From positions 1 to 55,015 of IMG/VR virus record IMGVR_UViG_3300023179_000134: a DNA stretch of 55,015 bases. The stretch is one strand, 5' to 3'. Shown one piece after another: positions 9,166 to 19,322 of this stretch (positions are counted from its first letter, which is position 1; every line of letters starts with the position of its first letter). The translations under genes and the position numbers were made by a program. Under the pieces are notes generated by a model, which ran no database searches, had not been told where the DNA came from, and saw nothing but the letters and a program-made list of their open reading frames with translations. This stretch comes from a virus. Lineage: Duplodnaviria > Caudoviricetes.

Positions 9166-11088
9166 ATGAAAGATGACGGAACGTCTTCTATGCTTGGAGA
9201 CTCTACTTCTGTACAACAGCAACTGACTACTATTATAGGGTTACTAACTAAAAAAGGCGCTACTGAAGAGGCTATGAAACCGGGGCTACTCAAATCTCTT
9301 CAAGATAACTTGTTTCCCGAACAAAAGAGTGAAAGATCGTCATTTAGAAGATTAAAACAAAAACAAAAAACTTATCAAGGCGTGCCTATAGCAATTGATT
9401 CTATTACTCCTGATGGGAGAAGAGATATTAGGAAAGCATTTTCTAATGTTATTTCTTTTGATATAGATTACGATAAGCCTGAAAAAAAGAGCGGCCCGTG
9501 GTCTAAATTTTTCTTTTTCTTAGCATTGCTTTTTGGAGTTCTTACAGGTTTTGTAATGCAAGTAATAAAAGATGTTAAAAATATTTTTAAGTTTTTAAAA
9601 ACAAAATTTTTAAATTTATTTTCTTATTTAAGTAAAACTAAAATAGGACAGGTTGTTACCAGACTTTTCAGAAGTATAAAATTAAAATTTTTAAATGCAT
9701 TAAGAGCTTTAAAAAACCTTTCTATAGTAAAATCAATTAGATCGTTTTTTTCTTCTTTTAAAGCTAGTATTGCTAGTAAATTCAAATCATTACTATCGAT
9801 AGGAAAAGGAATATTTGATTCTGTAAGCAAGCGAGTTATGTCTATTTTTAATTCTGTAAAAGCATTTATAACAAAAATTAGAAACTTTTTTAAACCAATA
9901 ACCAGCTTTTTAAGCAAGTTTAAAGCAGGTAAAATATTATCTTTACCTATGAAATTATTTAAAAGCTTTATGGGGTTTTTTAGTAAGCTTTCTGGATTTT
10001 TTAAAATAGGATTAAAATTAGGTAGACTAGTAGGTAAGCTTTTATGGCCAATATTTGCTATTATAGAAACGGTTACAGGGTTGTTTAAAGCGTTCTCTGA
10101 CCCAAAGCTAAAAGATAAAAGCTTTTTACAAAAACTAGTAACAGGGCTTGTAGCTGGTATTGCAGGGTTTTTCGATATATTTTCAATATTTGGATTAGAG
10201 TTATTTGGGTTTGATGAAATTAGAGATAGATTTGATAAAATATTTTCCGCATTTAAGGAAGGTTTTTTTAAAGGCATATTCGAATGGGTAAATCAAATAT
10301 TTTCATACATAGTAAGCTTTTTTGGTAAAATAGTTGGCTGGGTTGTAGGGTGGTTTAATAAAGATGCTGGTAAAGCTATTACAGAATGGTCCAAAAACTT
10401 TGATTTATTTGAGGGTATTAAAAAGGTTATAGGCTCTATTGTTGGCTTTTTCAAAAAAATATTTTCGTTTGTCGACTCAGTAAAAGAATCAATCTCTAAA
10501 GCGTATGATAAAATAAAAGAATTTGCTACAGGGCTGTATGATAAAATAGTAAATTTTGTTAAAGGTATAACCGACTTTATTTCAAACCTGTTTAATTTTA
10601 GTAAAATTAAAGATTGGGTAAAAGATAAATTAGGGTTAGGCGATAAAACTAAAGAAGTTACAATAAACAGAACTACACCTGTCGGTGACTTGATGGATAC
10701 TGAAGAAAGAACGTTATATTCCGGAAGAGGTGCTTACAGGTTTGATAGACAAGATGAATTGCTTGCTGTTAAAAAAGATGGGCCTATAGCAGAAATTTTA
10801 GCTAATAGCAATAGAGAGTCTGTTACTGCTTTAAAAGCGCTTACCAATACTACAAAAAAAATAGGTGATGTTTTTGAGAAATTTTCAAAAACTGCAGTTA
10901 TAATGCAAGAAAAAGAATTAAGAATTCTTACAGAAAATTTAACACTTTTAAAAGAGTTAAAAGATAAGAATGTTGCGTCAAATGTAGTTGTACAAAATAA
11001 TTCTAATAGTAATATTTTTAGCGAAAAGACATCATCTAATATAGACCTAAGGAGAGACTTAGCTTTAAGAGGTAACTTCCCATTCTAA
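9166..11088 (+). CDS. Probable tape measure protein (gp29-like)
   Basis: 640 aa; long amphipathic K/F/G-rich helical repeats with hydrophobic segments; NVVVQNNSNSN C-terminus; position among hub genes. Confidence 0.65.
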   Translation: MKDDGTSSMLGDSTSVQQQLTTIIGLLTKKGATEEAMKPGLLKSLQDNLFPEQKSERSSFRRLKQKQKTYQGVPIAIDSITPDGRRDIRKAFSNVISFDIDYDKPEKKSGPWSKFFFFLALLFGVLTGFVMQVIKDVKNIFKFLKTKFLNLFSYLSKTKIGQVVTRLFRSIKLKFLNALRALKNLSIVKSIRSFFSSFKASIASKFKSLLSIGKGIFDSVSKRVMSIFNSVKAFITKIRNFFKPITSFLSKFKAGKILSLPMKLFKSFMGFFSKLSGFFKIGLKLGRLVGKLLWPIFAIIETVTGLFKAFSDPKLKDKSFLQKLVTGLVAGIAGFFDIFSIFGLELFGFDEIRDRFDKIFSAFKEGFFKGIFEWVNQIFSYIVSFFGKIVGWVVGWFNKDAGKAITEWSKNFDLFEGIKKVIGSIVGFFKKIFSFVDSVKESISKAYDKIKEFATGLYDKIVNFVKGITDFISNLFNFSKIKDWVKDKLGLGDKTKEVTINRTTPVGDLMDTEERTLYSGRGAYRFDRQDELLAVKKDGPIAEILANSNRESVTALKALTNTTKKIGDVFEKFSKTAVIMQEKELRILTENLTLLKELKDKNVASNVVVQNNSNSNIFSEKTSSNIDLRRDLALRGNFPF

Positions 11089-11100
11089 TAAGTAATTTTT

Positions 11101-12387
11101 ATGAATCACGTTTTTTCTATTAGCAGAACAACATCATTAAATGATTTTAAACAAAGCAACACAGTTGATGTTGAACCACCTATTTTAGTATCGCCTCAAA
11201 ATACACCATTAGGTGGCGGCATCGGGCAAAGCGCTGCTACCCCGCAAGGTAGTGTTGTTAATGTAGTGAGAGATTTTTATTGGACGCACTCCAAGCTTGT
11301 ACAATCACGAAAAGAAGTGCCAAGAATAATTTTATCTGAAAAAAGATTAAAAGCTAATGCATTAATATCACAGTTAAAATATGCATTCGGTGTAAGCGCT
11401 GCTGCAGCAGGTGAATTTGTAAACAATCTACCTGAAAATCTTAAATCTCCTTTACAAGCTTTTGGTAAAAAACTATCTGAAACACAAGTTGCACAACAAG
11501 CAGGCGATTTAGCTAATAGAATAAATGAAGGGCTAAATTTAGATGATAATAACAATGTATTTAAAGAAAATCCATTTCTCACACCCTACAGAAACTTGTA
11601 TATTACTGAGCCAACGGGGTGGGAGTTTATACTCCCTTATTTTGATAATTATAACAACGCTGCAGTAAATACCTTTTCTGATGATATAGGCCAAGCATCG
11701 GGGTTAAGCTTTTTAAAGGAGGGTGTCGATTTAGTTATGGGAGTAGCTCAAATGGCTAGTGTTCTAAGAGCACCTACACAAGTAACTTTCGTTGAAAAAG
11801 CGAAATTTTATAATTATCCTTCAGAAGGTGAAGAATTTACTTTTGGATTCCCATTAATTAATACAGGCTCAGCAACATTTAATGACGTTATAAAAAATTG
11901 GGAATTACTTTTCTTATTAATGTACAACAATAAGCCTTCTAGAAAAAACGTATCTGTTATCGACCCCCCTGTTTTGTATCAAGTAGAAATACCCGGTGTA
12001 AAGTTTCTCCCGTTTTGCTATATTCAAAGCATGACTGTCGACTTTCAGGGCTCAAGGAGAGAGATCGATTTTAATCTACAACTTATAGATAATATAAACG
12101 TCGATGCATCTACACCTAACGTACAAAACGGACCAGTTAGACCGGGAGAACAGCTGCCTGACAGCGTTGTTAGGTTTTTTAATAATCAAGTAACTAATAG
12201 AACAGTAAGTACAATTGTACCAGATGCTTACAATGTCAAAATAACACTAAAAAGCTTATTACCAGAAACTAAAAATTTTATGTATACTGTTTTAAATAAA
12301 AATAACATAGTTTCAGCAAGAACCTTAGGTGCAGGAGCTGAAGGCGCGCTAAATCCTATTGTAAATCCAAGCGGTGGTGGTTCTTAA
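11101..12387 (+). CDS. Baseplate tail-tube cap-like protein (gp48-like)
   Basis: FTFGFPLINT and PPVLYQVEIPG..FLPFCYIQSMTVDF; position after the tape measure gene. Confidence 0.45.
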   Translation: MNHVFSISRTTSLNDFKQSNTVDVEPPILVSPQNTPLGGGIGQSAATPQGSVVNVVRDFYWTHSKLVQSRKEVPRIILSEKRLKANALISQLKYAFGVSAAAAGEFVNNLPENLKSPLQAFGKKLSETQVAQQAGDLANRINEGLNLDDNNNVFKENPFLTPYRNLYITEPTGWEFILPYFDNYNNAAVNTFSDDIGQASGLSFLKEGVDLVMGVAQMASVLRAPTQVTFVEKAKFYNYPSEGEEFTFGFPLINTGSATFNDVIKNWELLFLLMYNNKPSRKNVSVIDPPVLYQVEIPGVKFLPFCYIQSMTVDFQGSRREIDFNLQLIDNINVDASTPNVQNGPVRPGEQLPDSVVRFFNNQVTNRTVSTIVPDAYNVKITLKSLLPETKNFMYTVLNKNNIVSARTLGAGAEGALNPIVNPSGGGS

Positions 12388-12407
12388 TATTTTGTATAAG
12401 TATTCTT

Positions 12408-12773
12408 ATGGAAGGTACATTTCAAAGCGATATTGCAGGGTTGCCGATTTTAAAGAGCTATAGATATGAGAATATCTTTAAGTTGTACAAAACTAATTCA
12501 GATCAATACTACTATAATCTCATTCAGTCAGTATTTTTACCTGATAAAATCGATGAAGACTTTGTTTATTATCAGCTTGTTACCAAGGAGATGCCTTGGA
12601 CAGCAGTTAGTTTTAATGCGTATAAAACAATAGAGCTGTGGTGGTTAATATGTTTAACTAATAAAATTTATAATCCAATTAAATTACCAAAAGAAAATCA
12701 GCTTTTAAAAATTATTAAACCTCAATACGTACCTAATGTAGTAAACGAAATTACTGAAGCAATAAAATACTAA
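12408..12773 (+). CDS. Baseplate wedge protein (gp53-like, LysM-like)
   Basis: WTAVSFNAYKTIELWWLICLTNKIYNP...LKII matches the gp53/LysM-type pattern. Confidence 0.75.
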   Translation: MEGTFQSDIAGLPILKSYRYENIFKLYKTNSDQYYYNLIQSVFLPDKIDEDFVYYQLVTKEMPWTAVSFNAYKTIELWWLICLTNKIYNPIKLPKENQLLKIIKPQYVPNVVNEITEAIKY

Positions 12774-12774
12774 T

Positions 12775-14406
12775 ATGGCTGAATATTCATATTCACTTAA
12801 CCCTAAAGTAGGGAAAGTACCTTCGCTTGGTTCTGAGAAAAGAACTACAAATATAATAAACAATAATCCATACAAGTTTAATGTAAGCTTAATGACTTCA
12901 GATGGTAGATATCAAGAATTAAGATTAGGATCTATTAATACACTGGTAATCGACGATACTTTTACTAATTTTTATCATAAAGGCTATATAATACTTAATA
13001 ATACGTTTGATGCTTTAGAGCGTATAACTGAAATGGAGGGCTCTAGAAATCAGTCTTCCGGAAATTCCACACAAACAACAACAAAATCGAGCGGTTATTT
13101 AATGAGAGGCGATTCTCGCGATTTATTAGTAGTTGATATTATGCCAATATTTGAAGAAGATGGTAAGGGAGTAGATAATTCAATTCAAGATGAAGACGGT
13201 AAAAAAGCTTTTTTAATCTCTATAGTTTTTAGTATTTATAATACAGAAGAAGTTATAGGTAATTCTCCAGGACAAAAATTTAAAAAACTTTATTTTTGGG
13301 ATATGCATTACGAGCTTTTAAGAGAAAAAAATTCGTACTATTCTACTTCACAAAATATAGACGGTGAATTAATATCAGCATTAGACGATAGTGAACGTGC
13401 AATTTATACCGGCGATGCTATTAAAACATTTTTGCTAGATTTTTTTAAAGAAGAGGATGGTTGGCCTATTAAGATTGATGAAGAAAATTTTGATCAAGGA
13501 TCAACAAAAGTATTTTTTTCTTCCCCAGCACGTTTTAAGGGTATCGATTGCTTAGAATATCTTTTAGCAAGACATACTTCTAGCATTAAAAATAACTTTG
13601 ATCAAGCTTTTTTAAGTATTGAAAGAAACTCTTCATTATTTACATTTAAAAGTTTAGCTGATATTTACAAAACAGCTTTAACAAATATATCTAACAATAA
13701 TGTTGTCATTGGTTCTAGTTATCTTGAAACGTTTAAGCTTGGAGCTTACTCTGAAACCTCCGGGACAGAGGAAACCATGACTCTAGAACGTGTAGATTAC
13801 ACACCAGCTGGTGCTTTATTTTTTGATAAATATGGCACAGTTAACAATTTTTCATACGATCCACTGCCAGGTGAAATTTCTCAGCAAAACATTGCACCAG
13901 TATTAGTTCACAGCTATGATCATGATTGTAAGCAATTTAATATAGATTTTTCTCTTAATAATATGCAAGCTACTCTCAGCGCGTTTAAAGAAAATTATGT
14001 AGACCCTTTTAAGAAAGCTAGCAAAACATTTACAAATGTATATGAAAATATATTTCCAGGTGAATACAGAAATTTAAATAAAAATGTTAGAAATACCTTT
14101 ACAATTATAGATGATCCCGCGCAAAGACTATCACAAGGTAGAAATAAAGTTTTATTTAATTCTATTTTTATGAATAATACTATAACGTTTAAAGTACCCG
14201 GGTCTACCCATAGACAAGCAGGTCATTTTATAGGGCTAAATTTTGACGGCGCATCTAATACTAGTGAATTTAATAAAAAGCTATTAGGCGTTTATTTTAT
14301 TATAAGCGTAAAGCACATATTTGAAAGTAATGAGTATTTTAACGAAATTAGGGCAGTAAAAACATATAATTATGAAGATTTATTGCTAAATAAGGATAGC
14401 AGATAA
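12775..14406 (+). CDS. Baseplate hub protein (gp27-like)
   Basis: C-terminal ITFKVPGSTHRQAGHFI...LLGVYFIISVKHIF is typical of hub proteins. Confidence 0.6.
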   Translation: MAEYSYSLNPKVGKVPSLGSEKRTTNIINNNPYKFNVSLMTSDGRYQELRLGSINTLVIDDTFTNFYHKGYIILNNTFDALERITEMEGSRNQSSGNSTQTTTKSSGYLMRGDSRDLLVVDIMPIFEEDGKGVDNSIQDEDGKKAFLISIVFSIYNTEEVIGNSPGQKFKKLYFWDMHYELLREKNSYYSTSQNIDGELISALDDSERAIYTGDAIKTFLLDFFKEEDGWPIKIDEENFDQGSTKVFFSSPARFKGIDCLEYLLARHTSSIKNNFDQAFLSIERNSSLFTFKSLADIYKTALTNISNNNVVIGSSYLETFKLGAYSETSGTEETMTLERVDYTPAGALFFDKYGTVNNFSYDPLPGEISQQNIAPVLVHSYDHDCKQFNIDFSLNNMQATLSAFKENYVDPFKKASKTFTNVYENIFPGEYRNLNKNVRNTFTIIDDPAQRLSQGRNKVLFNSIFMNNTITFKVPGSTHRQAGHFIGLNFDGASNTSEFNKKLLGVYFIISVKHIFESNEYFNEIRAVKTYNYEDLLLNKDSR

Positions 14407-16742
14407 TGGCAACAGTCTTTACAGGATCAAGAGATACAGCTACATCTACGAGCACAATTACTAACAAAGTAATTCAAGCTTTACCGCTACCCTATGAGCA
14501 GACTAAAGACTACAGTACTTTTTTGCAAGTGCTAGGAAGTCAAGCAGCACCATCACCAGGGCTAGGTACGGGGTCTAGTACAGGTACTTTTAGCCGATCA
14601 TCAGTTAATACTACAGCTTTAACAGTTAATAGCAGAGGAAAAGTAAGTACTTCCGCTGTTTATAACGCAATAAGAAATGAAATTGCTAATTCAAGACTAG
14701 CAGGCTTTGTCCCTGCAGATGCCAGAAAGTACGGGATAGATAGAGGTAACATAACAGATTCTTATTCCAGTCTTCTAACACAATTAGTAGGGTTTGAATC
14801 AGGATTTAATCCTACGAGAAAAGGCGACATAGGCAGATATTTAGGTGGTTCTAATGGTTTATTTCAACTTTCTCCAAATGACGCACTTACATATGGGTTT
14901 CAAAAAACGCCATTTACTATACAGCAGTTGCAAGATCCTAGTTTTAACATTAAGATTGGTGTAAAGATATTTGAGGCTAATGTTTTGAGAGATGGTGTTA
15001 TTTCAGGAATGAACCCTGGCAGTCAAAGACCGTATTTAGGCGGGTCTGCATATTGGGGACCGCTGAGACCGGATAGAGTAAATCAATTAAGACCTGTACC
15101 TGGTAAATTCACACCTATAACCCCTGTTGCAACAAGTATAGCGTCAGATAAAGTTCAAAAAATGAGCGAATTAGCTTGGGAATATAATAAGTCTGTATTT
15201 TCTCCGAATCCAATAGATTCAAAAATACAATTTTTTAAAAATTTTGATGAAAATGCAATTTTTTACGGGTTAGATAATAAACCTATATTTGATTATTTTT
15301 CTATTTATAAAAGCGAGTTAGATATAGTTAAAGATAGCCTTACACCAGAAATAGAAGGAGAAGATAGCTTTCTTGCTCCTCCAGGAGATTGCGTAGGGTT
15401 TTGGGCAACTAATGTAGGTCCAAAGTATACAGATAACGTAGCACCGTATTTTGATTTTAATAGTTTTGGCAGTATAACAGGAAACTATGCATTAGTTTTA
15501 AATGGTGAGGACTGGACTACTGAATATGGCGGCCCTTTTAACGTACCTGGTAGTACCCTACAAAAAATACCTGATGATGTTTATACTCTGACAGCAGACA
15601 TGAGTGATATTACTAAAAGCATTGAAAACTATAACTTTCAAAACTTGGTAAAACCGGATGCCAGTGCAGATTTATACGGAGGTACCGATCAAACACAATC
15701 TACAGAGTTAGTAGGCTCTACCGATTTACCTAGCTATTTAGATCATTATAACAATAAATCTTTTTATTTAGATGAATTTAAAAGTCAATTTCCTAATACG
15801 TTTGAATATATTTCGTTTTTTAATACGGTAAACGATAATCCCGGTTTTAATCCAAGAGATTATAAAAGTAAAAATCTTGAACAAATGACTGATTTTTATG
15901 CAGAACTTAATGTTGAGGGGCAGATAGTTAAAGTTGATATTTTACTTAAGAAGTACAAGGGGCAAATTAGTAATAGAAGTATTAAAAAATCTTTATGCTT
16001 ATGCGATGGTTGTAGTGAAGCAGAAAATGAGCAAGGGAGTAATGAAACGATAGATACAGCTACTATAAATAAAAGATTTTTAGAACAAGGAACAACAAGA
16101 GGTGGTTTAGAAAGTGCTAAAACAAAAGGTCTTCTTAATAATAAAATACCACTCATTGAACAAGCAGAATTAAAGTATCAGGAAGCACAGAACTTTTTAG
16201 CATTACCTGAACAAAAGGTAGCAGAGTTGGTAGCTAAAATTGATTCAGTAGGGATTAATAATTTACCAGGGCTTCAAGGTGTAACAGGCCCTTTAAATGA
16301 TATATTAGGCTCCGCTTCTGGGTTAACATCTATTTTACAATCGCCGTTAAATTTACCTAACGTACTACCTTCTCTAGACGCAGGGTCTTTCCCTCAAATT
16401 GCAGGTCTTTTAACAAATACTAACTGGAAAAATCTTGATGTAAATAGTACTATAGAAATTGCTAAACAGCTTAACACTATATTTTGTGACTTTAGATTAC
16501 CTATTATAGGTAAAATTAACTGGGATGATATTACGGACATAGATATAGGTGATTTTGGAGGAGAATTTGAAAAGCTAATTCAGGGAATGCAGAAAAAATT
16601 CGAAAAACTTTTAACTGACATAAGAGATAAGATAAAAAATCTAATACCTAATTTTATAGAAAACTTTAAGAGCTTCTTTAAAGATATATTTACTTGTGAT
16701 CAAAGCCCTAATGTAAAAGATTCAGATAATAAAGCGAGTTAA
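14406..16742 (+). CDS. Tail/baseplate-associated protein with lytic transglycosylase (SLT/lysozyme-like) domain
   Basis: LVGFESGFNP (catalytic Glu), SNGLFQLS and LQDPSFNI motifs; gp5-like position after the hub. Confidence 0.65.
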   Translation: MATVFTGSRDTATSTSTITNKVIQALPLPYEQTKDYSTFLQVLGSQAAPSPGLGTGSSTGTFSRSSVNTTALTVNSRGKVSTSAVYNAIRNEIANSRLAGFVPADARKYGIDRGNITDSYSSLLTQLVGFESGFNPTRKGDIGRYLGGSNGLFQLSPNDALTYGFQKTPFTIQQLQDPSFNIKIGVKIFEANVLRDGVISGMNPGSQRPYLGGSAYWGPLRPDRVNQLRPVPGKFTPITPVATSIASDKVQKMSELAWEYNKSVFSPNPIDSKIQFFKNFDENAIFYGLDNKPIFDYFSIYKSELDIVKDSLTPEIEGEDSFLAPPGDCVGFWATNVGPKYTDNVAPYFDFNSFGSITGNYALVLNGEDWTTEYGGPFNVPGSTLQKIPDDVYTLTADMSDITKSIENYNFQNLVKPDASADLYGGTDQTQSTELVGSTDLPSYLDHYNNKSFYLDEFKSQFPNTFEYISFFNTVNDNPGFNPRDYKSKNLEQMTDFYAELNVEGQIVKVDILLKKYKGQISNRSIKKSLCLCDGCSEAENEQGSNETIDTATINKRFLEQGTTRGGLESAKTKGLLNNKIPLIEQAELKYQEAQNFLALPEQKVAELVAKIDSVGINNLPGLQGVTGPLNDILGSASGLTSILQSPLNLPNVLPSLDAGSFPQIAGLLTNTNWKNLDVNSTIEIAKQLNTIFCDFRLPIIGKINWDDITDIDIGDFGGEFEKLIQGMQKKFEKLLTDIRDKIKNLIPNFIENFKSFFKDIFTCDQSPNVKDSDNKAS

Positions 16743-17203
16743 TCTACTATTTCTGCATCAATTATTTTTGCGCTCTTATTAGCACTATCAATTAACATTT
16801 TAAAAACCTGCTCTCTGGTCGCTAAAAGCTTGTTTTGATTGTCAGACTCTTTTAATTCATGCCTAGATTTAATGTCCATTTCCTTGGCTTTAATTAAAGT
16901 TTCATTTTTCTTATCTGTTACTATAATTTTATTAAGAGTTTCTATTGCTGTAGAAGTTGCAGCTATTAATTCCGCAAGAGACCCGACATCTTTACTTTCG
17001 GGCGCAGAAGAAATATAGTCTTTTACATTTGACATAACTTCTAGACTTTCCTCTACAAGTCTACCCGCTTTTTCGACTACAAATTTTTCCATGTTTTCTT
17101 TAGTCAAGGGTTCTGGCGTCTTTTTTACTTGTTCAATTTGCTTATTTGCATCTTTTAATTGCTCTAAAAGATCGCCAACCATTTCATTAAGCTCTTCACT
17201 CAC
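16739..17203 (-). CDS. Probable terminase small subunit (T4 gp16-like)
   Basis: 154 aa, helical: LVEESLEVM...KDVGSLAELIAATSTAIETLNKI...LLATREQVFKML parallels the gp16 layout. TATAAATA 5 nt before the GTG. Confidence 0.5.
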   Translation of the reverse strand: MSEELNEMVGDLLEQLKDANKQIEQVKKTPEPLTKENMEKFVVEKAGRLVEESLEVMSNVKDYISSAPESKDVGSLAELIAATSTAIETLNKIIVTDKKNETLIKAKEMDIKSRHELKESDNQNKLLATREQVFKMLIDSANKSAKIIDAEIVD

Positions 17204-17208
17204 ACTAA

Positions 17209-17216
17209 TATTTATA
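17209..17216 (-). promoter_or_regulatory. T4-type late promoter TATAAATA
   Basis: Exact consensus 5 nt upstream of GTG 17203. Confidence 0.7.
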
Positions 17217-17223
17217 GAGACTA

Positions 17224-17251
17224 TTGAATTTCTATAGTTATATACTATAAT
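17224..17251 (+). promoter_or_regulatory. Sigma70-like promoter for dut and clamp loader
   Basis: TTGAAT-N16-TATAAT, ending 6 nt before ATG 17258. Confidence 0.6.
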
Positions 17252-17257
17252 TTAAGT

Positions 17258-17728
17258 ATGTATAATATTAAACCGAGTGATGTTGACCCGAATATACAGT
17301 TTATTCCTAAGTTGAAATTTGAGAAAACGCATGTTTCTGCTAAACTACCTACAAAAAACCATGAATCAGACACGGGTTATGATGTTTATTCTATTGAAAA
17401 TAAAGTTATACCTGCAAAATCTAGTGCAGTGGTTAATGTCGGTCTTAAATTCGCATATATTCCTGAAGGTTATTGGGTTAAAGTGGAGTCACGTAGCGGT
17501 TTAGGGTTTAAACACGGTATTTTAGCTCATCCGGGTATTATAGACAGTGGATATAGAGGAGATGCCGGTGTAAAGCTTTATAATTTATCTGATAATGATT
17601 ATGAAGTCAAAGAAGGAGATAGAATTGCTCAGTTTGTTATATATCTTAACTTTTCAATGCCTGTAGAATGGGGTACCGTAGAGCAATCTGAACGAGGCGA
17701 AAAGGGATTTGGATCATCAGGCAAATAA
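17258..17728 (+). CDS. dut: Trimeric dUTPase
   Basis: Motifs GYDVYS, RSGLG, GIIDSGYRG, GDRIAQ and RGEKGFGSSG. Confidence 0.96.
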   Translation: MYNIKPSDVDPNIQFIPKLKFEKTHVSAKLPTKNHESDTGYDVYSIENKVIPAKSSAVVNVGLKFAYIPEGYWVKVESRSGLGFKHGILAHPGIIDSGYRGDAGVKLYNLSDNDYEVKEGDRIAQFVIYLNFSMPVEWGTVEQSERGEKGFGSSGK

Positions 17729-18666
17729 TGAACAGTAATTTTGATAGTTTATGGGTAGAAAAATATAGACCCAAAGAATTAACAGACTTTATTATTAATG
17801 AAAATAACAGAGTATTAATTGAATCATTTAAAAACAAAAAAGAGATTCCTAATCTTTTGTTTATCGGTACACCCGGGCTAGGAAAAACCACTTTAGCAAA
17901 AATTATAGTTAATAGCATACTTGAATGCCAGTATCTTTATATTAATGCTAGCGATGAAAACGGAATAGATACTATTAGAACAAAAGTTACAAGCTTTGCA
18001 CAGACCAAAAGTATTGATGGTGCAATTAAAGTTATTATTCTAGATGAAACCGACGGGCTATCTATGGATGCTCAAAGAGCATTACGCAATACTATGGAAG
18101 AATTTGCTAAAATTACGAGGTTTATTCTTACAGCTAATTACAAATATAGAGTTATTAATGCATTACAAAGTAGATGTCAGGGTATTGACTTAACACCGCC
18201 CCTAGAGGGCGCAGTAAAGCGTATTGGTCATATACTTAAAGCAGAAAAAATCGATGTACCTATCCAGTTAAAACCTAAACTACTCGCATTTATTAAGGAC
18301 AATTACCCTGATCTGCGTAAAACAATTAACGAACTGCAAAAATTTTCAGTTACCGGTACGCTTAATTTATCTAATGTTGATAACAACGAAATATTATCTT
18401 TAATTTTTAGTGAAATTAAAAAGAACAATGTCTTGCAATTAAGAAAAGCGTTAATAGAAAACGAATCACAGTTTAATTCTGACTATGTAAACCTATTAAG
18501 AGCTTTATTTAACTATATTGATGGTAATGAAGTTGAAATAAATTTAAAAAAGCAGTATTTACTTACTATTGCTGAGCATCTATATAGAAGTAGTTTTGTA
18601 GTTGATCAAGAAATAAACTGCTACGCTTGTTTTATTGCGCTAGGTAATATTAAGGCAAGTATTTAG
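17728..18666 (+). CDS. Clamp loader AAA+ subunit (T4 gp44 / RFC small subunit-like)
   Basis: LWVEKYRP, GTPGLGKTT, INASDENGIDTIR, IILDETD, AQRALR and LQSRC. Confidence 0.93.
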   Translation: MNSNFDSLWVEKYRPKELTDFIINENNRVLIESFKNKKEIPNLLFIGTPGLGKTTLAKIIVNSILECQYLYINASDENGIDTIRTKVTSFAQTKSIDGAIKVIILDETDGLSMDAQRALRNTMEEFAKITRFILTANYKYRVINALQSRCQGIDLTPPLEGAVKRIGHILKAEKIDVPIQLKPKLLAFIKDNYPDLRKTINELQKFSVTGTLNLSNVDNNEILSLIFSEIKKNNVLQLRKALIENESQFNSDYVNLLRALFNYIDGNEVEINLKKQYLLTIAEHLYRSSFVVDQEINCYACFIALGNIKASI

Positions 18667-19252
18667 CTGTATAACTTGCCGGATCTGCGTGACCAACCGC
18701 AGGTGAAGAAGGTATTTTAACGTTTGTGTTATTTAATTCTCTATCACCTTTACTTAACTTTTTGTTACCTACGTCAGAAAGCTTTGTTTGACCGGGTGAA
18801 AGAAAAGGAACTTCCTGATTTTCATCTTTTAGCTTTTTTGGTTTAATATTTGTTCTTCTACTAGGATCATCTTTCTTAAAAACTTCAGGAACATCAGGTA
18901 GATTAGGGTAAGAGCTCTTAGGTTGTACTAAATGTGCAGGTATTGTTATAAAATCCTTATATCTACCAGGAGCTATTTCGGAAGTAATGTCTAACACCAC
19001 TTCACCGTTGTTATAATCATTATTTCCAGCACCACCTACAGCAGGTAATATTGTTTTAACTGCAGAAACACGTAGATTTAAACCACTATTCATCATTTCC
19101 TTGATTTTTTCAACGGTATTAACGCCTTTATCCTTAAACCAAGGGTCCCTTAGTGCATTCTCTTTAAAGATAATGAGATCACCAGCTAGAAAGCCACCTA
19201 ACGTATAACGTTGCATCCAAGATTCGTATAATTTGACAAAATTACGGCTCAT
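18650..19252 (-). CDS. Hypothetical late protein, possibly an internal head protein
   Basis: 200-aa ORF with TAAATA 6 nt upstream. N-terminus MSRNFVKLYES. Confidence 0.7.
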   Translation of the reverse strand: MSRNFVKLYESWMQRYTLGGFLAGDLIIFKENALRDPWFKDKGVNTVEKIKEMMNSGLNLRVSAVKTILPAVGGAGNNDYNNGEVVLDITSEIAPGRYKDFITIPAHLVQPKSSYPNLPDVPEVFKKDDPSRRTNIKPKKLKDENQEVPFLSPGQTKLSDVGNKKLSKGDRELNNTNVKIPSSPAVGHADPASYTAKYLP

Positions 19253-19322
19253 TTAAATTATTTATTGTTTTGCATTGCTTAAAAACTGTTTTTAAAACAT
19301 AAAAACTTACATAAATATATAT

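Noticed and set aside
9624-10277. 217-aa antisense ORF and other short nested ORFs in the track
   Set aside because: They lie wholly inside well-supported genes and have no recognisable motifs or promoter signature.
19279-19295. Palindrome TTAAAAAC-T-GTTTTTAA between divergent genes, and CACGT-N6-ACGTG near 37195
   Set aside because: Both are too AT-rich or too short to call as terminators or operators.
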